A stretch of 60,247 nucleotides of DNA from an uncultured Candidatus Saccharibacteria bacterium (GCA_964625065.1 CAZUZL010000006.1:1-60247), one strand, 5' to 3'; positions 8,999 through 18,945 are shown, counted from the first letter of the stretch. Numbers and translations are program-made. Notes: generated by a model not told the origin, from the letters alone.

Positions 8999-9700
8999 TT
9001 AATCTAACCAACCTTTTTCGGTTATTGCGGCGCGGGCGGCGGCTTGTTCGGCTTCTTGTTTAGACTTACCTTTACCTGTACCAACAAGTTCCTTGCCAAA
9101 GTAAACTCCAACTACGAAAGCTTTGTCGTGGTCTGGACCAGACTCGCTCATAACAGTATACGAAGGTGTGACACTGTGGTGTTCTTGGGCTTTTTCTTGT
9201 ATCAAACTTTTAGCATCACGCCATAGTTTGTCTTTAATAATTAAATCCAGTTTTGGTAGTAATGTGTCTAGTACAAACTGTTTTGCTACATCGTAACCCT
9301 GGTCTATATATACTGCACCCAAGTACGCTTCGTATGTGTTAGCTAAAATATATGTACGGGCTTTACCCATGTCTTTGGCTTCACCCTTGGACAATAGTAA
9401 ATATTCGTTCATGCCAATTTCCTGTGCAACTTCGGCTATAATTATGGCGTTAACTAATGCACTACGGTATGCAGTTAATTCACCTTCGGCTTTGTCAGGA
9501 AACAAACGGAACAAATGATATGTTGTTATCAATTCTAAAACAGCGTCGCCCAAAAATTCTAGGCGTTCGTTGTGGCCAGTTTTTATTTCAGGGTTTTCGT
9601 TTATGTATGAACGGTGTGTAAAAGACTTTTCTAAAAGTCTTTTTTCATTGAAAACAATACCTGTTTTTTCTTCAAAGGTTGTAAAATTTATTTTTGTCAT
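8999..9700 (-). CDS. rnc: ribonuclease III
   Basis: ERLEFLGDAVLEL catalytic signature and a C-terminal dsRBD (GPDHDKAFVV..GKGKSKQEAEQAAA). Confidence 0.9.
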   Translation of the reverse strand: MTKINFTTFEEKTGIVFNEKRLLEKSFTHRSYINENPEIKTGHNERLEFLGDAVLELITTYHLFRLFPDKAEGELTAYRSALVNAIIIAEVAQEIGMNEYLLLSKGEAKDMGKARTYILANTYEAYLGAVYIDQGYDVAKQFVLDTLLPKLDLIIKDKLWRDAKSLIQEKAQEHHSVTPSYTVMSESGPDHDKAFVVGVYFGKELVGTGKGKSKQEAEQAAARAAITEKGWLD

Positions 9701-9717
9701 TTGGAAATATATGTGGC

Positions 9718-10605
9718 CTATGCAGTTATAATACTGATAGCCTTAGTAATAAGAGGTATAACATCTTCGTACATTTTTAGGTTTACTACTTCTGCAACTG
9801 GAAACCAGCGTGCGTCGTCTAGCCCACCTGAAGTCTGTAATGTTAGTGGCTGGTAGTCTGCCTTAGCTAGGTAAATAACAACGACTTTCTTGATCTTACC
9901 TTTTTGTGGGTGAGATGCAACATATTCGTTCAAACCTAGGCTTTCCTCAACAGTTAGTGGTATGCCAAGTTCTTCGGAAACTTCACGGCGAACACCTTCT
10001 TTTTCATCATCAATATCATCTATGCCACCCTTGGCCAGTGTCCAGTAACCGAACACATCGTGCACCATTGCAATATATATTGCATCAGATTCCTTAGCAT
10101 ATACAACTGCCCCACCCTTTTTCTCGGTAGGTATGTTTGTTAAGTCTACAGGTGCCTTTTTCTTAGACATTTGTTCTTTGCCTGGTTCGCCAATTTCTTT
10201 ATAGACAGCACCGATAACGCCGTTTATGAAACGACTTGAGTTTTCACCTCCAAAGTTTTTAGCAAGTTCGATAGATTCGTTTATAGCCACCTTTGGTGGA
10301 ACTTCGTCGCGGTTACCAAACAGTAGTTCAAACAAACCGATACGTAGTATGTTACGGTCTATAATATTTATTTTTTCAAGTGGCCATTCTGGGGCAGCCT
10401 TAGTTATAATGTCGTCTATAACTGTTTGTTTACGTATAACACCTTCGAACAATGTAGCAGTAAATTCGTCGTCTGTAAGTTCTGTACCAAATTCTGCAAT
10501 GTTACGTTTAAGTATGTCCGCACCGGTGTCTGTTTTACAACCACCAAAGTCCCATTCAAAAAGGGTCTGAAGGGTTATTTGTCGTGCAAGGTGTCTGTTT
10601 GCCAT
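9718..10605 (-). CDS. nusB: NusB antitermination factor fused to a C-terminal Nudix hydrolase domain
   Basis: Residues 1-140 are NusB-like (RQITLQTLFEWDF, INESIELAKNFGGENSSRFINGVIG). Residues from about 160 carry a Nudix-box-like GGIDDIDDEKEGVRREVSEELGI. Confidence 0.75.
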   Translation of the reverse strand: MANRHLARQITLQTLFEWDFGGCKTDTGADILKRNIAEFGTELTDDEFTATLFEGVIRKQTVIDDIITKAAPEWPLEKINIIDRNILRIGLFELLFGNRDEVPPKVAINESIELAKNFGGENSSRFINGVIGAVYKEIGEPGKEQMSKKKAPVDLTNIPTEKKGGAVVYAKESDAIYIAMVHDVFGYWTLAKGGIDDIDDEKEGVRREVSEELGIPLTVEESLGLNEYVASHPQKGKIKKVVVIYLAKADYQPLTLQTSGGLDDARWFPVAEVVNLKMYEDVIPLITKAISIITA

Positions 10606-10646
10606 ATGTTTTTATTAGAAGAACTTAAAATTAATTAGTGAGTAAA

Positions 10647-10853
10647 CTATTTCTTTTTAGATTTAGCTTGTTTTTTAACTACCTTTTTAACAGTGTCAAT
10701 AATCTTTTTACCACGGTATGTACCTGTAGTAAGTGAAGCTCGGTGGCGCATACGCATAACGCCTGATTCAGGTGTTAGTGTTTGTGCCGCTAGGGCGTGG
10801 TGCGAACGACGGTTAGCCGTATGCGCGCGAGTGTGTCTCATTCGTACTGTCAT
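10647..10853 (-). CDS. rpmF: 50S ribosomal protein L32 (Cys-less form)
   Basis: N-terminus MTVRMRHTRAHTANRRSHHAL matches the L32 pattern (RK.S....RR.H.AL), with a basic C-terminal tail and no zinc-knuckle cysteines. Confidence 0.7.
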   Translation of the reverse strand: MTVRMRHTRAHTANRRSHHALAAQTLTPESGVMRMRHRASLTTGTYRGKKIIDTVKKVVKKQAKSKKK

Positions 10854-10930
10854 AATATATACAATATAACCTATAAAGACTTTTTTTGCAAGTGTGGAAA
10901 TATATCACATGTTTGTGCTATACTCGATAC

Positions 10931-12688
10931 ATGAAAGAAGAAAAAAATCTGGCCCCATTGCGCCATTCACTAGCACATTTACTTGGCGCAGCAGTCAAGG
11001 AAATATACCCCAACGCACACTTAACCTTGGGCCCGGCTATAGACGATGGTTTCTATTACGATGTTGATTTTGGTACTGAAAAAGTTACCGAATCTGACCT
11101 GGCTATAATTGAACAAAAAATGCGCGACATGGCAAAAACTTGGACTACATTTACCCATGCAGATAAAACTTATGAAGAAGCAATATCTATATATACTGGC
11201 AACCCATACAAAACAGAACTGATAAATGAAATAAACGAAAAAGGTGAAAAAATAAGTTTATACACTTCAGGTAAATTTACCGACCTTTGTCGTGGTGGAC
11301 ATATAGACGACTTTTCAACTATAGATATGGCCGGCTGGAAACTAGACCGCATAGCAGGTGCATACTGGCGTGGTAATGCAGAAAACAAAATGCTTACACG
11401 CATATATGGTTTGGCATTCGAAAACAAAACTGACCTTGATGCATACATAACAATGCAAGAAGAAGCCATAAAACGCGACCACCGCAAACTGGCGAAAGAA
11501 TTAAAACTTTTTACCATATCAGACCTTGTTGGTTCAGGTTTACCATTATGGCAACCAAACGGTAACATACTTCGCCGTGAACTTACCGAATACCTTTGGA
11601 ACCTGCACAAAGACCGTGGTTACCAATGGGTATGGACTCCGCATTTAGCAAAAGAAACACTTTACGAAACTTCTGGCCATGCCGGACACTATATGGACGA
11701 CATGTTTTCTGTATTTGGCGGTACTAGTAAAGAAAAGTTTTATGTTAAACCAATGAACTGCCCACACCACATGCAGTTGTTTGCTGCAGAACAGTGGAGT
11801 TACCGTGACATGCCTGTACGTTATTTCGAACCTGCAACAGTATACCGAGACGAAAAAACTGGACAACTAAGTGGACTAACACGTGTACGTTCTATAACAC
11901 AAGACGACGGACATTTGTTCTGCCGACAAACACAAATACATAACGAAGTTTCAACTATAGTAGAAATAATAAAAGACTTCTATACAACCATGGGCATGAT
12001 AGACGGTTACCGTGTACGTCTATCTTTACGCGACCCAGCAAGTAACAACTACCTAGGTAGCGACGAAGTTTGGCATACAGCAGAAGCCGCACTAACAGAA
12101 GTTTGTGACGCACAAAATTTGCCGTATTTTATTGGTATAGGTGAAGCAGCTTTTTATGGACCTAAATTAGACTTTATGTTTAAAGACGCCATCGGACGTG
12201 AACATCAACTAGCAACAGTACAACTAGACTTTAACCTACCAGAACGTTTTGACTTATCGTTTATAAACGAAGACAACAAACCAGAACGCCCTGTTGTTAT
12301 ACACCGAGCTATTTCAGGTTCTTTAGAACGTTTCTTAGGTGTGGCTATAGAACACTTTGCCGGCGCATTTCCAGTATGGATGGCCCCTGTACAAGTTGCC
12401 ATACTACCTATATCTAGCGAAAACCACCAAGATTTTGCTGACAAAATACATGCACAACTACGTGCACTAAACATACGCACAGTTATGTTAACAGAAGATT
12501 CGTTAGGTAAACGTATACGCCATGCAAAAACTAATAAAATTCCATACCAAATAATAATCGGCGACAAAGAGCGTGATGGTGGTGTCATAACAGTAGAAGG
12601 CCGTAACAATACAAAACTAGAACTAGTTACACTTGAAATGTTTATTGAACAAATTACAAATGAAATCAAAAATCGCACCAACAACTAA
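10931..12688 (+). CDS. thrS: threonyl-tRNA synthetase lacking the N-terminal TGS domain
   Basis: The protein starts at the editing-domain HxxxH (LRHSLAHLL). Class II motifs are present (MNCPHHMQLF, FEPATVYRDE, RVRSITQDDGHLF), as is a C-terminal anticodon-binding domain. I trimmed the start to ATG at 10931. Confidence 0.9.
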   Translation: MKEEKNLAPLRHSLAHLLGAAVKEIYPNAHLTLGPAIDDGFYYDVDFGTEKVTESDLAIIEQKMRDMAKTWTTFTHADKTYEEAISIYTGNPYKTELINEINEKGEKISLYTSGKFTDLCRGGHIDDFSTIDMAGWKLDRIAGAYWRGNAENKMLTRIYGLAFENKTDLDAYITMQEEAIKRDHRKLAKELKLFTISDLVGSGLPLWQPNGNILRRELTEYLWNLHKDRGYQWVWTPHLAKETLYETSGHAGHYMDDMFSVFGGTSKEKFYVKPMNCPHHMQLFAAEQWSYRDMPVRYFEPATVYRDEKTGQLSGLTRVRSITQDDGHLFCRQTQIHNEVSTIVEIIKDFYTTMGMIDGYRVRLSLRDPASNNYLGSDEVWHTAEAALTEVCDAQNLPYFIGIGEAAFYGPKLDFMFKDAIGREHQLATVQLDFNLPERFDLSFINEDNKPERPVVIHRAISGSLERFLGVAIEHFAGAFPVWMAPVQVAILPISSENHQDFADKIHAQLRALNIRTVMLTEDSLGKRIRHAKTNKIPYQIIIGDKERDGGVITVEGRNNTKLELVTLEMFIEQITNEIKNRTNN

Positions 12689-12728
12689 ATAGTGTATAAT
12701 ATTTGTATTACTAGTAAACAGAATCAAA

Positions 12729-12923
12729 ATGAAAAACAACAACCTATACAACATGATGCACCAACTAACCCAAGAACAAAAAAGTCTATGGCGTTTACAG
12801 GGCGACTATACTAAGGACGCAGCTAAAAACCCAACATTAAAAAAATTCTGGGCCCAACTAGCTAAAGAAAAACAACAACACATTACAGACTTAGCCGCAA
12901 TGATAAAGGCAGAAATGAAATAA
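12729..12923 (+). CDS. small hypothetical protein (64 aa)
   Basis: ORF followed immediately by a strong terminator. No family recognised. Confidence 0.45.
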   Translation: MKNNNLYNMMHQLTQEQKSLWRLQGDYTKDAAKNPTLKKFWAQLAKEKQQHITDLAAMIKAEMK

Positions 12924-12926
12924 TAG

Positions 12927-12956
12927 AAACCCCGCATTTGCGGGGCTTTTATTTTT
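12927..12956 (+). terminator. intrinsic terminator
   Basis: CCCCGC-ATTT-GCGGGG followed by a T-run. Confidence 0.65.
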
Positions 12957-13437
12957 AAAGGTAGCTAATTTTAATGCCAAGTTCTATGGCTTTTTTATGT
13001 TCCCAAGTAGCACCTTTTGAACTTTGCCAATTAGTCATAAAGTAAAATTCAGAAATGTACCCTGAATCAAAAATCGGAAGATAAAAATCTGTAAGTATAG
13101 ATTCTGGATAAACACCCATTTCTAATTTAAACTTCATCGCTTGCATAGGCCACTCGAAAGGCATTTGATCAAAAACATTCAAACCTTTTGCTTGTAGTTT
13201 TTTTATTTCTGAATCAAAAGCTTCAAGGTTATCTTTTGGGTTACCTAGGCCACCGGTACCAATTGGTCCACAAACCTGAACTATCGGTTTGGGCATTCTT
13301 GCAAGAATCCTTTCTGCTACTAAATACAGATCTTTAAAATCTTTTGCATATTTAATAGCTTCACGGTCAGCTTCTGACCAGTATTTCATTGTTATTGAAC
13401 TATGTTCCATGATTAAATATTTTTCTGTATTATACAC
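12955..13437 (-). CDS. DUF4406 / nucleoside 2-deoxyribosyltransferase-like protein
   Basis: VCGPIGTGG near the N-terminus and C-terminal NWQSSKGATWEHKKAIELG resemble the DUF4406 pattern (GW..S.GA..E...A). This is recalled from memory, not searched. Confidence 0.5.
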   Translation of the reverse strand: MYNTEKYLIMEHSSITMKYWSEADREAIKYAKDFKDLYLVAERILARMPKPIVQVCGPIGTGGLGNPKDNLEAFDSEIKKLQAKGLNVFDQMPFEWPMQAMKFKLEMGVYPESILTDFYLPIFDSGYISEFYFMTNWQSSKGATWEHKKAIELGIKISYL

Positions 13438-13554
13438 ATTTAAACCAAAAAAGGTAGTCCGAAAATATAAGTATAATTATATCTAAAAACTAAAAGGTAT
13501 GACTTACTTTGACAAGATATAAAACTAATGCTAGATTGAATAAAAATATTCATT

Positions 13555-14244
13555 ATGGCTATATATACTGTCGGAATTTTCATTTACGATCAAATTAAAA
13601 AAAGGATCAAAAAACCTTATTTGATGGAATCATCGCACATTTGTAAAAATTGCGGTGAAAAACTCTATGCGACCTACGAAACAAAAGAAACAGATAATGA
13701 CCGAAAAGGTTGGTTTGGATCTGTACCAGACTACCAACGTAGACATGAAACTTATTTTAAGGTAAAGTTCAGAAACTTCAGATGCATCAACCAAACATGT
13801 AAACAGTTCTGTATGGTCATCGATTACCCTAAACCTAGTTTAAAAGACCTCGAAAAAGCTGAAAATTTTTACCTCGGTACGACTTTTAAAGTAAAACCAA
13901 ATTCAGTTTATTACGACAAAAATAAAGTTGAACACCCTCTGAATGTTGGAGTTGTTTATTTCCATTGGAATAACCACCGTGGAGATCAAAAAATGGACAT
14001 TTTGCGATCACTTGCACCTTTAACTAAAAAAGAAAACTCAGTGGTTTTTAATTCATTGAAAAACTTTGGGTTGAGGTTATCCTTTTCATATGATGAACCT
14101 AAATCAATTATTGTACCAATAGATATGATAGATTTTGGAACAAAACCTGAAACACATCCGGACTTGGTTAATGCTATTTCCCAAAACAAATCGTCCGATC
14201 AGAAATTACTTGAAATGGGCGAAACAAAGTACCTTACCTGTTAA
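13555..14244 (+). CDS. hypothetical protein with CxxC...CxxxC zinc-ribbon-like N-terminal region
   Basis: CKNCGEK and CINQTCKQFC motifs. A TTGACA-17-TAGATT promoter-like sequence lies at 13509-13537, and a terminator follows at 14262-14289. Confidence 0.55.
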   Translation: MAIYTVGIFIYDQIKKRIKKPYLMESSHICKNCGEKLYATYETKETDNDRKGWFGSVPDYQRRHETYFKVKFRNFRCINQTCKQFCMVIDYPKPSLKDLEKAENFYLGTTFKVKPNSVYYDKNKVEHPLNVGVVYFHWNNHRGDQKMDILRSLAPLTKKENSVVFNSLKNFGLRLSFSYDEPKSIIVPIDMIDFGTKPETHPDLVNAISQNKSSDQKLLEMGETKYLTC

Positions 14245-14261
14245 GGTATACAAATTTAAAA

Positions 14262-14289
14262 AACGGAGCCGGAACTCCGTTTTTTTTTA
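14262..14289 (+). terminator. intrinsic terminator
   Basis: CGGAG-CCGGAA-CTCCG followed by T9. Confidence 0.6.
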
Positions 14290-14666
14290 TTTACCTAAAT
14301 ACTTATATTGTATCTAATACTGTATTTATATATCCAAATTAATTTCTTTAACGTAAGAATATCGGTACTAGGACTTACCTTTTACGAATTTCAAAAATGA
14401 AATAAAAGTAAAACATTTTTAGATTAATTATAATATTTACAAGTAAGAATTTCTTGCAAGAGTATTAGTATTACATATATAAAAAGATTAGTTACGTACA
14501 TAGTGATGTTTTTATTGTAAGTGATAGATAACAATACACAACTATTGACTTTTTAATTTGTAAATGAGAGACTTGTATTTAAAAGGTAACTTTAATCAGA
14601 TGCATTAAATCGTATATTTGCAACCATAAAAAATAAACAAAAAAAAACCCTAAACTAATTAACAAT

Positions 14667-14864
14667 ATGAAAGTAGGTACTGTAATCGCTAAAACTGTCA
14701 ATGGGAAAGTTATTGTGGAGGTAAAAAACATTAAAGAAATAAAAGACATTACTCATGCTCCTGGTTTTAAAAAAAATCAAGGAATTCTAAGCAAACAAAG
14801 ACAATTAATTAAAAAATCTCGAGTAATTGATCGAGAGTCTCTAGAAATAGTATTTAATATTTAA
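14667..14864 (+). CDS. small conserved hypothetical protein (65 aa), paralog of 54778..54993
   Basis: It shares MK(V/I)G, V(K/E)NIKE(I/V)K, KK...IL.KQR..I..SR..DR..L..VF with the island ORF. The nucleotide stretch tctcgag.a.ttgatcgaga.t.tctaga..tagtatt is also shared. Confidence 0.55.
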   Translation: MKVGTVIAKTVNGKVIVEVKNIKEIKDITHAPGFKKNQGILSKQRQLIKKSRVIDRESLEIVFNI

Positions 14865-14886
14865 TTTTCTTTGCAAAAACACATTA

Positions 14887-14916
14887 CCCACTTGAAATTT
14901 TCAAGTGGTTTTTTTA
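14887..14916 (+). terminator. intrinsic terminator
   Basis: CCACTTGA/TCAAGTGG stem plus T-run. Confidence 0.6.
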
Positions 14917-15007
14917 TTAAAAAAACAAATAATGAAAATATCTGAAAACAGGAGAATTCTTAACAAGCACTCGAAACAATAGAAATCTAACCATGGGATA
15001 TTCTAAA

Positions 15008-15047
15008 CAAAAAACCTCTTGAATTAATTCAAGAGGTTTTTCTTTTT
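15008..15047. terminator. bidirectional terminator downstream of gyrB
   Basis: 13-bp stem AACCTCTTGAATT/AATTCAAGAGGTT with flanking A- and T-runs. Confidence 0.6.
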
Positions 15048-15060
15048 CTAAACGTTCAAA

Positions 15061-17145
15061 CTATATATCCAGATTTGCTTCTTTTGCATACGACTGTATA
15101 AATGACTTACGTGGAGCAACTTCAGAACCCATCAACATATCAAACACTCGGTTGGCTTCTTCGGCATCGTTTACGCCAACTTGTTTAAGTATGCGTTTAT
15201 TAATGTCCATTGTTGTTTCCTTCAACTCTTCGGCGTTCATTTCACCCAGACCTTTGTAGCGTTGTATTACCCATTTAGCATTTTTTGCTTTGCCACCTTT
15301 TGTTTCTTCTTCACCCTCTTCATCTGTCTCTACATTTTCTACAGCGTCAGATTCGATAACAATTGCATCCTCTGGTGCTACGTCGCCAACTATTTTTATT
15401 TTTTCTTCGTCAGTATATGCGTAGAATATTTCTTTGCCACGTTTTATTTTATATAGTGGTGGTTGGGCAATGTATACATAACCCGCATCCAGTATTTGTG
15501 GGAAATAGCGGAAAAATAGTGTAAGTATAAGTGTACGAATGTGTGCACCGTCCACATCGGCATCTGTTGCAAGTATTATTTTCTTGTAACGAATTTTAGA
15601 TAGATCAAAAGTGTCCCCAATAGATGTACCCATAGCAATAACAAGGTTTTTAATTTGTTCAGAACCTAGCATACGGTCTAGACGGGCACGTTCAACGTTT
15701 AGTATTTTACCGCGAAGTGGCAATATAGCCTGTGTACGACGATCGCGACCAGCTTTGGCTGTACCACCTGCAGAGTCCCCTTCCACAATAAACAGTTCGG
15801 CTTCGTCGGCATTACGTATCTGACAGTCAGCAAGTTTACCAGGCAAAGACATACCTTCTAGTGCACCTTTACGTAGTATAGAGTCTTTAGCAGCCTTGGC
15901 AGCTTTACGTGCACGAAGTGCCATTACAGCTTTACCTATAATTGCCTTGGCTTCGTCTGGGTTTTCTTCAAAGAACATGTTTAATGCTTCGCCGAAAACA
16001 ACAGCAGTTGCACCTTGGGCTTCTGTAGAACCTAGTTTTGCTTTGGTCTGACCTTCGAACTGAATTTCACGTAATTTAACAGACACAACAGCTACTATAC
16101 CTTCTAGAACGTCTTCACCTGTAAAACCACCTTCGGCTTCTTTGATCAGATTATTCTTTTTAGCGTAAGTGTTAATAACACGAGTCAAAGCAGTTTTAAA
16201 ACCACTAATATGTGTACCACCTTCTGGTGTGTAAATGTTGTTTGCAAAAGGTACAATTTTAGTACCAATGTCGTCTACATAACGTAGAGCAATTTCAACA
16301 TCAACACCGTCTGTTTCTTTTTCAACATAAAATATTTTTTCTTGAACAGCTTTTTGGTGTTTAGTATAAAGTTCAACTAGTGAAATTATTCCACCCTCGA
16401 AATAGTAACTTATACTTGGTGTTTCTATACCAAGGTCTGCAAACCAGTATTCCTTTGTTAAATCAATTTTTTCTGTGCATTCACGTGCATCTATAATAGT
16501 AACGCGAAGTTTTTTAACCAAATATGCTTGTTGTTCTAGTCGGTGGCAGATGGTGTTCCAGTCAAATGCAATTTCTTTAAATATTAATGCGTCTGGTTCG
16601 AAAGTTATAACAGTACCACTGTTTTTTGTACTGCCAACTTTTTTAACAGCAGCCTTGGTTTTACCTTGGCTGTATTCCTGTGCATATACACCACCGTCTT
16701 TGTGTACTTCAGCGCGTGTATAAATAGAAAGTGCGTTAACAACAGATGCGCCCACACCGTGAAGACCGCCCGAAACTTTATATCCAGATTCATCTCCACC
16801 GAATTTACCACCGGCGTGTAGAACTGTCATAACAGTTTCGAGTGCAGAAACTTTTGTTTTAGGATGTATGTCTACAGGTATACCACGGCCATTGTCGGCA
16901 ACGCGAACACGGTTGCCAGGTAGCATTACAACTTCAATATGGTCTGCATAACCACCCATGGCTTCGTCACGAGAGTTATCAAATATTTCCCATATAAGGT
17001 GGTGTAGACCTTCGATACCAGTACCACCGATGTACATACCCGGTCTACGACGTACAGGTTCTAGACCTTCCAATACTGAAATAGATTCAGCACCGTAATT
17101 GTCCTTTTTCTTGCTGTTTTTTAGGAGGTTTTCTTCTTTTGCCAT
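15061..17145 (-). CDS. gyrB: DNA gyrase subunit B
   Basis: GHKL ATPase motifs (LEGLEPVRRRPGMYIG, HHLIWEIFDNSRDE, GLHGVGASVVNALS), Toprim (ELFIVEGDSAGG, PLRGKILNV, DADVDGAHI) and the tail QRYKGLGEMN. Confidence 0.95.
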   Translation of the reverse strand: MAKEENLLKNSKKKDNYGAESISVLEGLEPVRRRPGMYIGGTGIEGLHHLIWEIFDNSRDEAMGGYADHIEVVMLPGNRVRVADNGRGIPVDIHPKTKVSALETVMTVLHAGGKFGGDESGYKVSGGLHGVGASVVNALSIYTRAEVHKDGGVYAQEYSQGKTKAAVKKVGSTKNSGTVITFEPDALIFKEIAFDWNTICHRLEQQAYLVKKLRVTIIDARECTEKIDLTKEYWFADLGIETPSISYYFEGGIISLVELYTKHQKAVQEKIFYVEKETDGVDVEIALRYVDDIGTKIVPFANNIYTPEGGTHISGFKTALTRVINTYAKKNNLIKEAEGGFTGEDVLEGIVAVVSVKLREIQFEGQTKAKLGSTEAQGATAVVFGEALNMFFEENPDEAKAIIGKAVMALRARKAAKAAKDSILRKGALEGMSLPGKLADCQIRNADEAELFIVEGDSAGGTAKAGRDRRTQAILPLRGKILNVERARLDRMLGSEQIKNLVIAMGTSIGDTFDLSKIRYKKIILATDADVDGAHIRTLILTLFFRYFPQILDAGYVYIAQPPLYKIKRGKEIFYAYTDEEKIKIVGDVAPEDAIVIESDAVENVETDEEGEEETKGGKAKNAKWVIQRYKGLGEMNAEELKETTMDINKRILKQVGVNDAEEANRVFDMLMGSEVAPRKSFIQSYAKEANLDI

Positions 17146-17192
17146 GCGTATATTATAGCAAATTTAGGCCTATATTGCAAAGTAAATACAAG

Positions 17193-17222
17193 CAAAAAAC
17201 CTTTACATTATAAAGGTTTTAT
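17193..17222 (-). terminator. intrinsic terminator after fibre gene
   Basis: AACCTTTA/TAAAGGTT stem with a T-run on the minus strand. Confidence 0.5.
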
Positions 17223-17244
17223 TGTGCTTTTTGAGTTTTTAGTG

Positions 17245-18888
17245 TTAGTTTACAATATCTGTATTAACGGGCACTTCAGTGGTGGTATTTGTAGTGTTTT
17301 CAGTTGTATTTTGTGTATTATCTGGTGTCGGTATTTGTGTATCTGTAATTGTGTTTTCAGTTGTTACGGGTACATTTGCCGGTGTTGTATTTTGGTTATT
17401 ATGGGCAGTTTCGATAAGTGCACGAATGTCAGCTTCGTTTAGACAAGTGTTTTCGTCTACACAAATTTGTTTTGTGGTTATTTTATTTGTAAAAATATTT
17501 TCAAGCATGTTTGCACTGCTTGCTAAAAAGTTTTTAATCAAATAACCTAACGTACCAGTTGTGTTTGTGTCTAAAGACTCTAATGGTTCAATTTTTAAAT
17601 TTAATTCTCTTATTGCTTGTACTAATATAGGTGTCATACCGCCATATGAAACTGTTTTAAAACCACCAGGTGAATTTGAAACTATTTCTGGAAAATATTG
17701 TTCTAAATCCTGTGCAAGGAAACCTATTTGTCTAGATTTTTCAGGGTAGTTTAACCAGTTATACGACACTGTTTTTATTTGTAAAACTTTGTCTAATACA
17801 TCTGAATTTAAATTTGTTATATTTGTTTTTAATCTTTCATCAGAAGAACATGACGGCGAAGCAACTGTAACATCTAGAACACAAGTGTTTCCACTGGCTC
17901 CAGTTAGCACTAATGTGTTTATCGGTCTTGTAGTAGAACCTATCATGAACTGGTTAGAGCCAGTATTTGTAGCGTATTTACCTAATGCAATAGAGTTACT
18001 AAAACCACCGGTACCTGTTTCGTCACCTATTAATATAGAATAGTCCCATGGAGTTGCACTGTTATCTACAATGTCACCATTACCTGCATTGTTACCTATA
18101 AATATAGAATTGTTGGCATTTACAGCGTCCATACCTGCAGACAAACCGATAAAGTTTGAATACGCAGCATTTTCAGCACCACTACCAGCAACAGCACCGA
18201 TAAAGTTTGAACTAGCCGCACCAAATGCACTTTGCCCGGTATTATTACCTAAAAACAACGAATAACTTGCGTCAGTTGCAAGTTTCCCAGCGCCGTCACC
18301 TATGAATATTGATTCTGCTGCATTAGCTGCATTTAAGCCTGCTTGTTTTCCAATAAAGTTTGAAAGCGGGGCATTGTTTGCGCCTTTACCAGCTTCGTTA
18401 CCTATAAAGTTTGCATCGTTTGCATACCATGCATTATAACCCGCATTAAGACCTATTATATTAGACCTAGTAGCTGACATAGTTCCTAAACCTGCGTTTT
18501 CACCTATAAAAACAGCGTTAGATACAGTTCCTCCCGCACCTAATCCTAGATATATAGAATTACCATTATCTGATGAAGTAATTCTACCAACTTGTGTATT
18601 GTTAACTTTAATTACAAAGTCTTGCATATCCGTAGTACCTATAAAATCTGTACCGGGTGTAGTACCTGCATTACCCGTAAGACCCCAGCCCGAACCAGCA
18701 GCAACACTACAATTTGTAGACCCTGGTACACATGTTGGGTTTAATGTTTCAGCTGGGTTGTATTGTGTGGTAGGTGGTGTAGCAAAAACTTTTACACTAA
18801 TTCCGAACAATATAAAAAACACAAAACATGACAAAACCAGTTTGTATGCATTTAAAGGCATGTATTTTTTTACATTTTTCCCATCCAT
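17245..18888 (-). CDS. surface fibre protein: signal anchor, YadA-head-like SNFIGxxAG repeats, C-terminal intramolecular chaperone (Peptidase S74-like) domain
   Basis: N-terminal TM helix, then the conserved ATPPTTQYNPAETLNPTCVPGSTNC. At least 10 repeats of about 14 aa follow (SNFIG..AG..A). Then come CSSDERLKTNI..VSYNW..IGFLAQDLEQYFPE, typical of tail-fibre/endosialidase chaperone domains, and a Thr/Asn/Pro-rich tail. Confidence 0.75.
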   Translation of the reverse strand: MDGKNVKKYMPLNAYKLVLSCFVFFILFGISVKVFATPPTTQYNPAETLNPTCVPGSTNCSVAAGSGWGLTGNAGTTPGTDFIGTTDMQDFVIKVNNTQVGRITSSDNGNSIYLGLGAGGTVSNAVFIGENAGLGTMSATRSNIIGLNAGYNAWYANDANFIGNEAGKGANNAPLSNFIGKQAGLNAANAAESIFIGDGAGKLATDASYSLFLGNNTGQSAFGAASSNFIGAVAGSGAENAAYSNFIGLSAGMDAVNANNSIFIGNNAGNGDIVDNSATPWDYSILIGDETGTGGFSNSIALGKYATNTGSNQFMIGSTTRPINTLVLTGASGNTCVLDVTVASPSCSSDERLKTNITNLNSDVLDKVLQIKTVSYNWLNYPEKSRQIGFLAQDLEQYFPEIVSNSPGGFKTVSYGGMTPILVQAIRELNLKIEPLESLDTNTTGTLGYLIKNFLASSANMLENIFTNKITTKQICVDENTCLNEADIRALIETAHNNQNTTPANVPVTTENTITDTQIPTPDNTQNTTENTTNTTTEVPVNTDIVN

Positions 18889-18945
18889 ATTTATAGTCTT
18901 AATTATACCATGAATTATGTTTTACAAATGTAGTTTTGCACAAAT

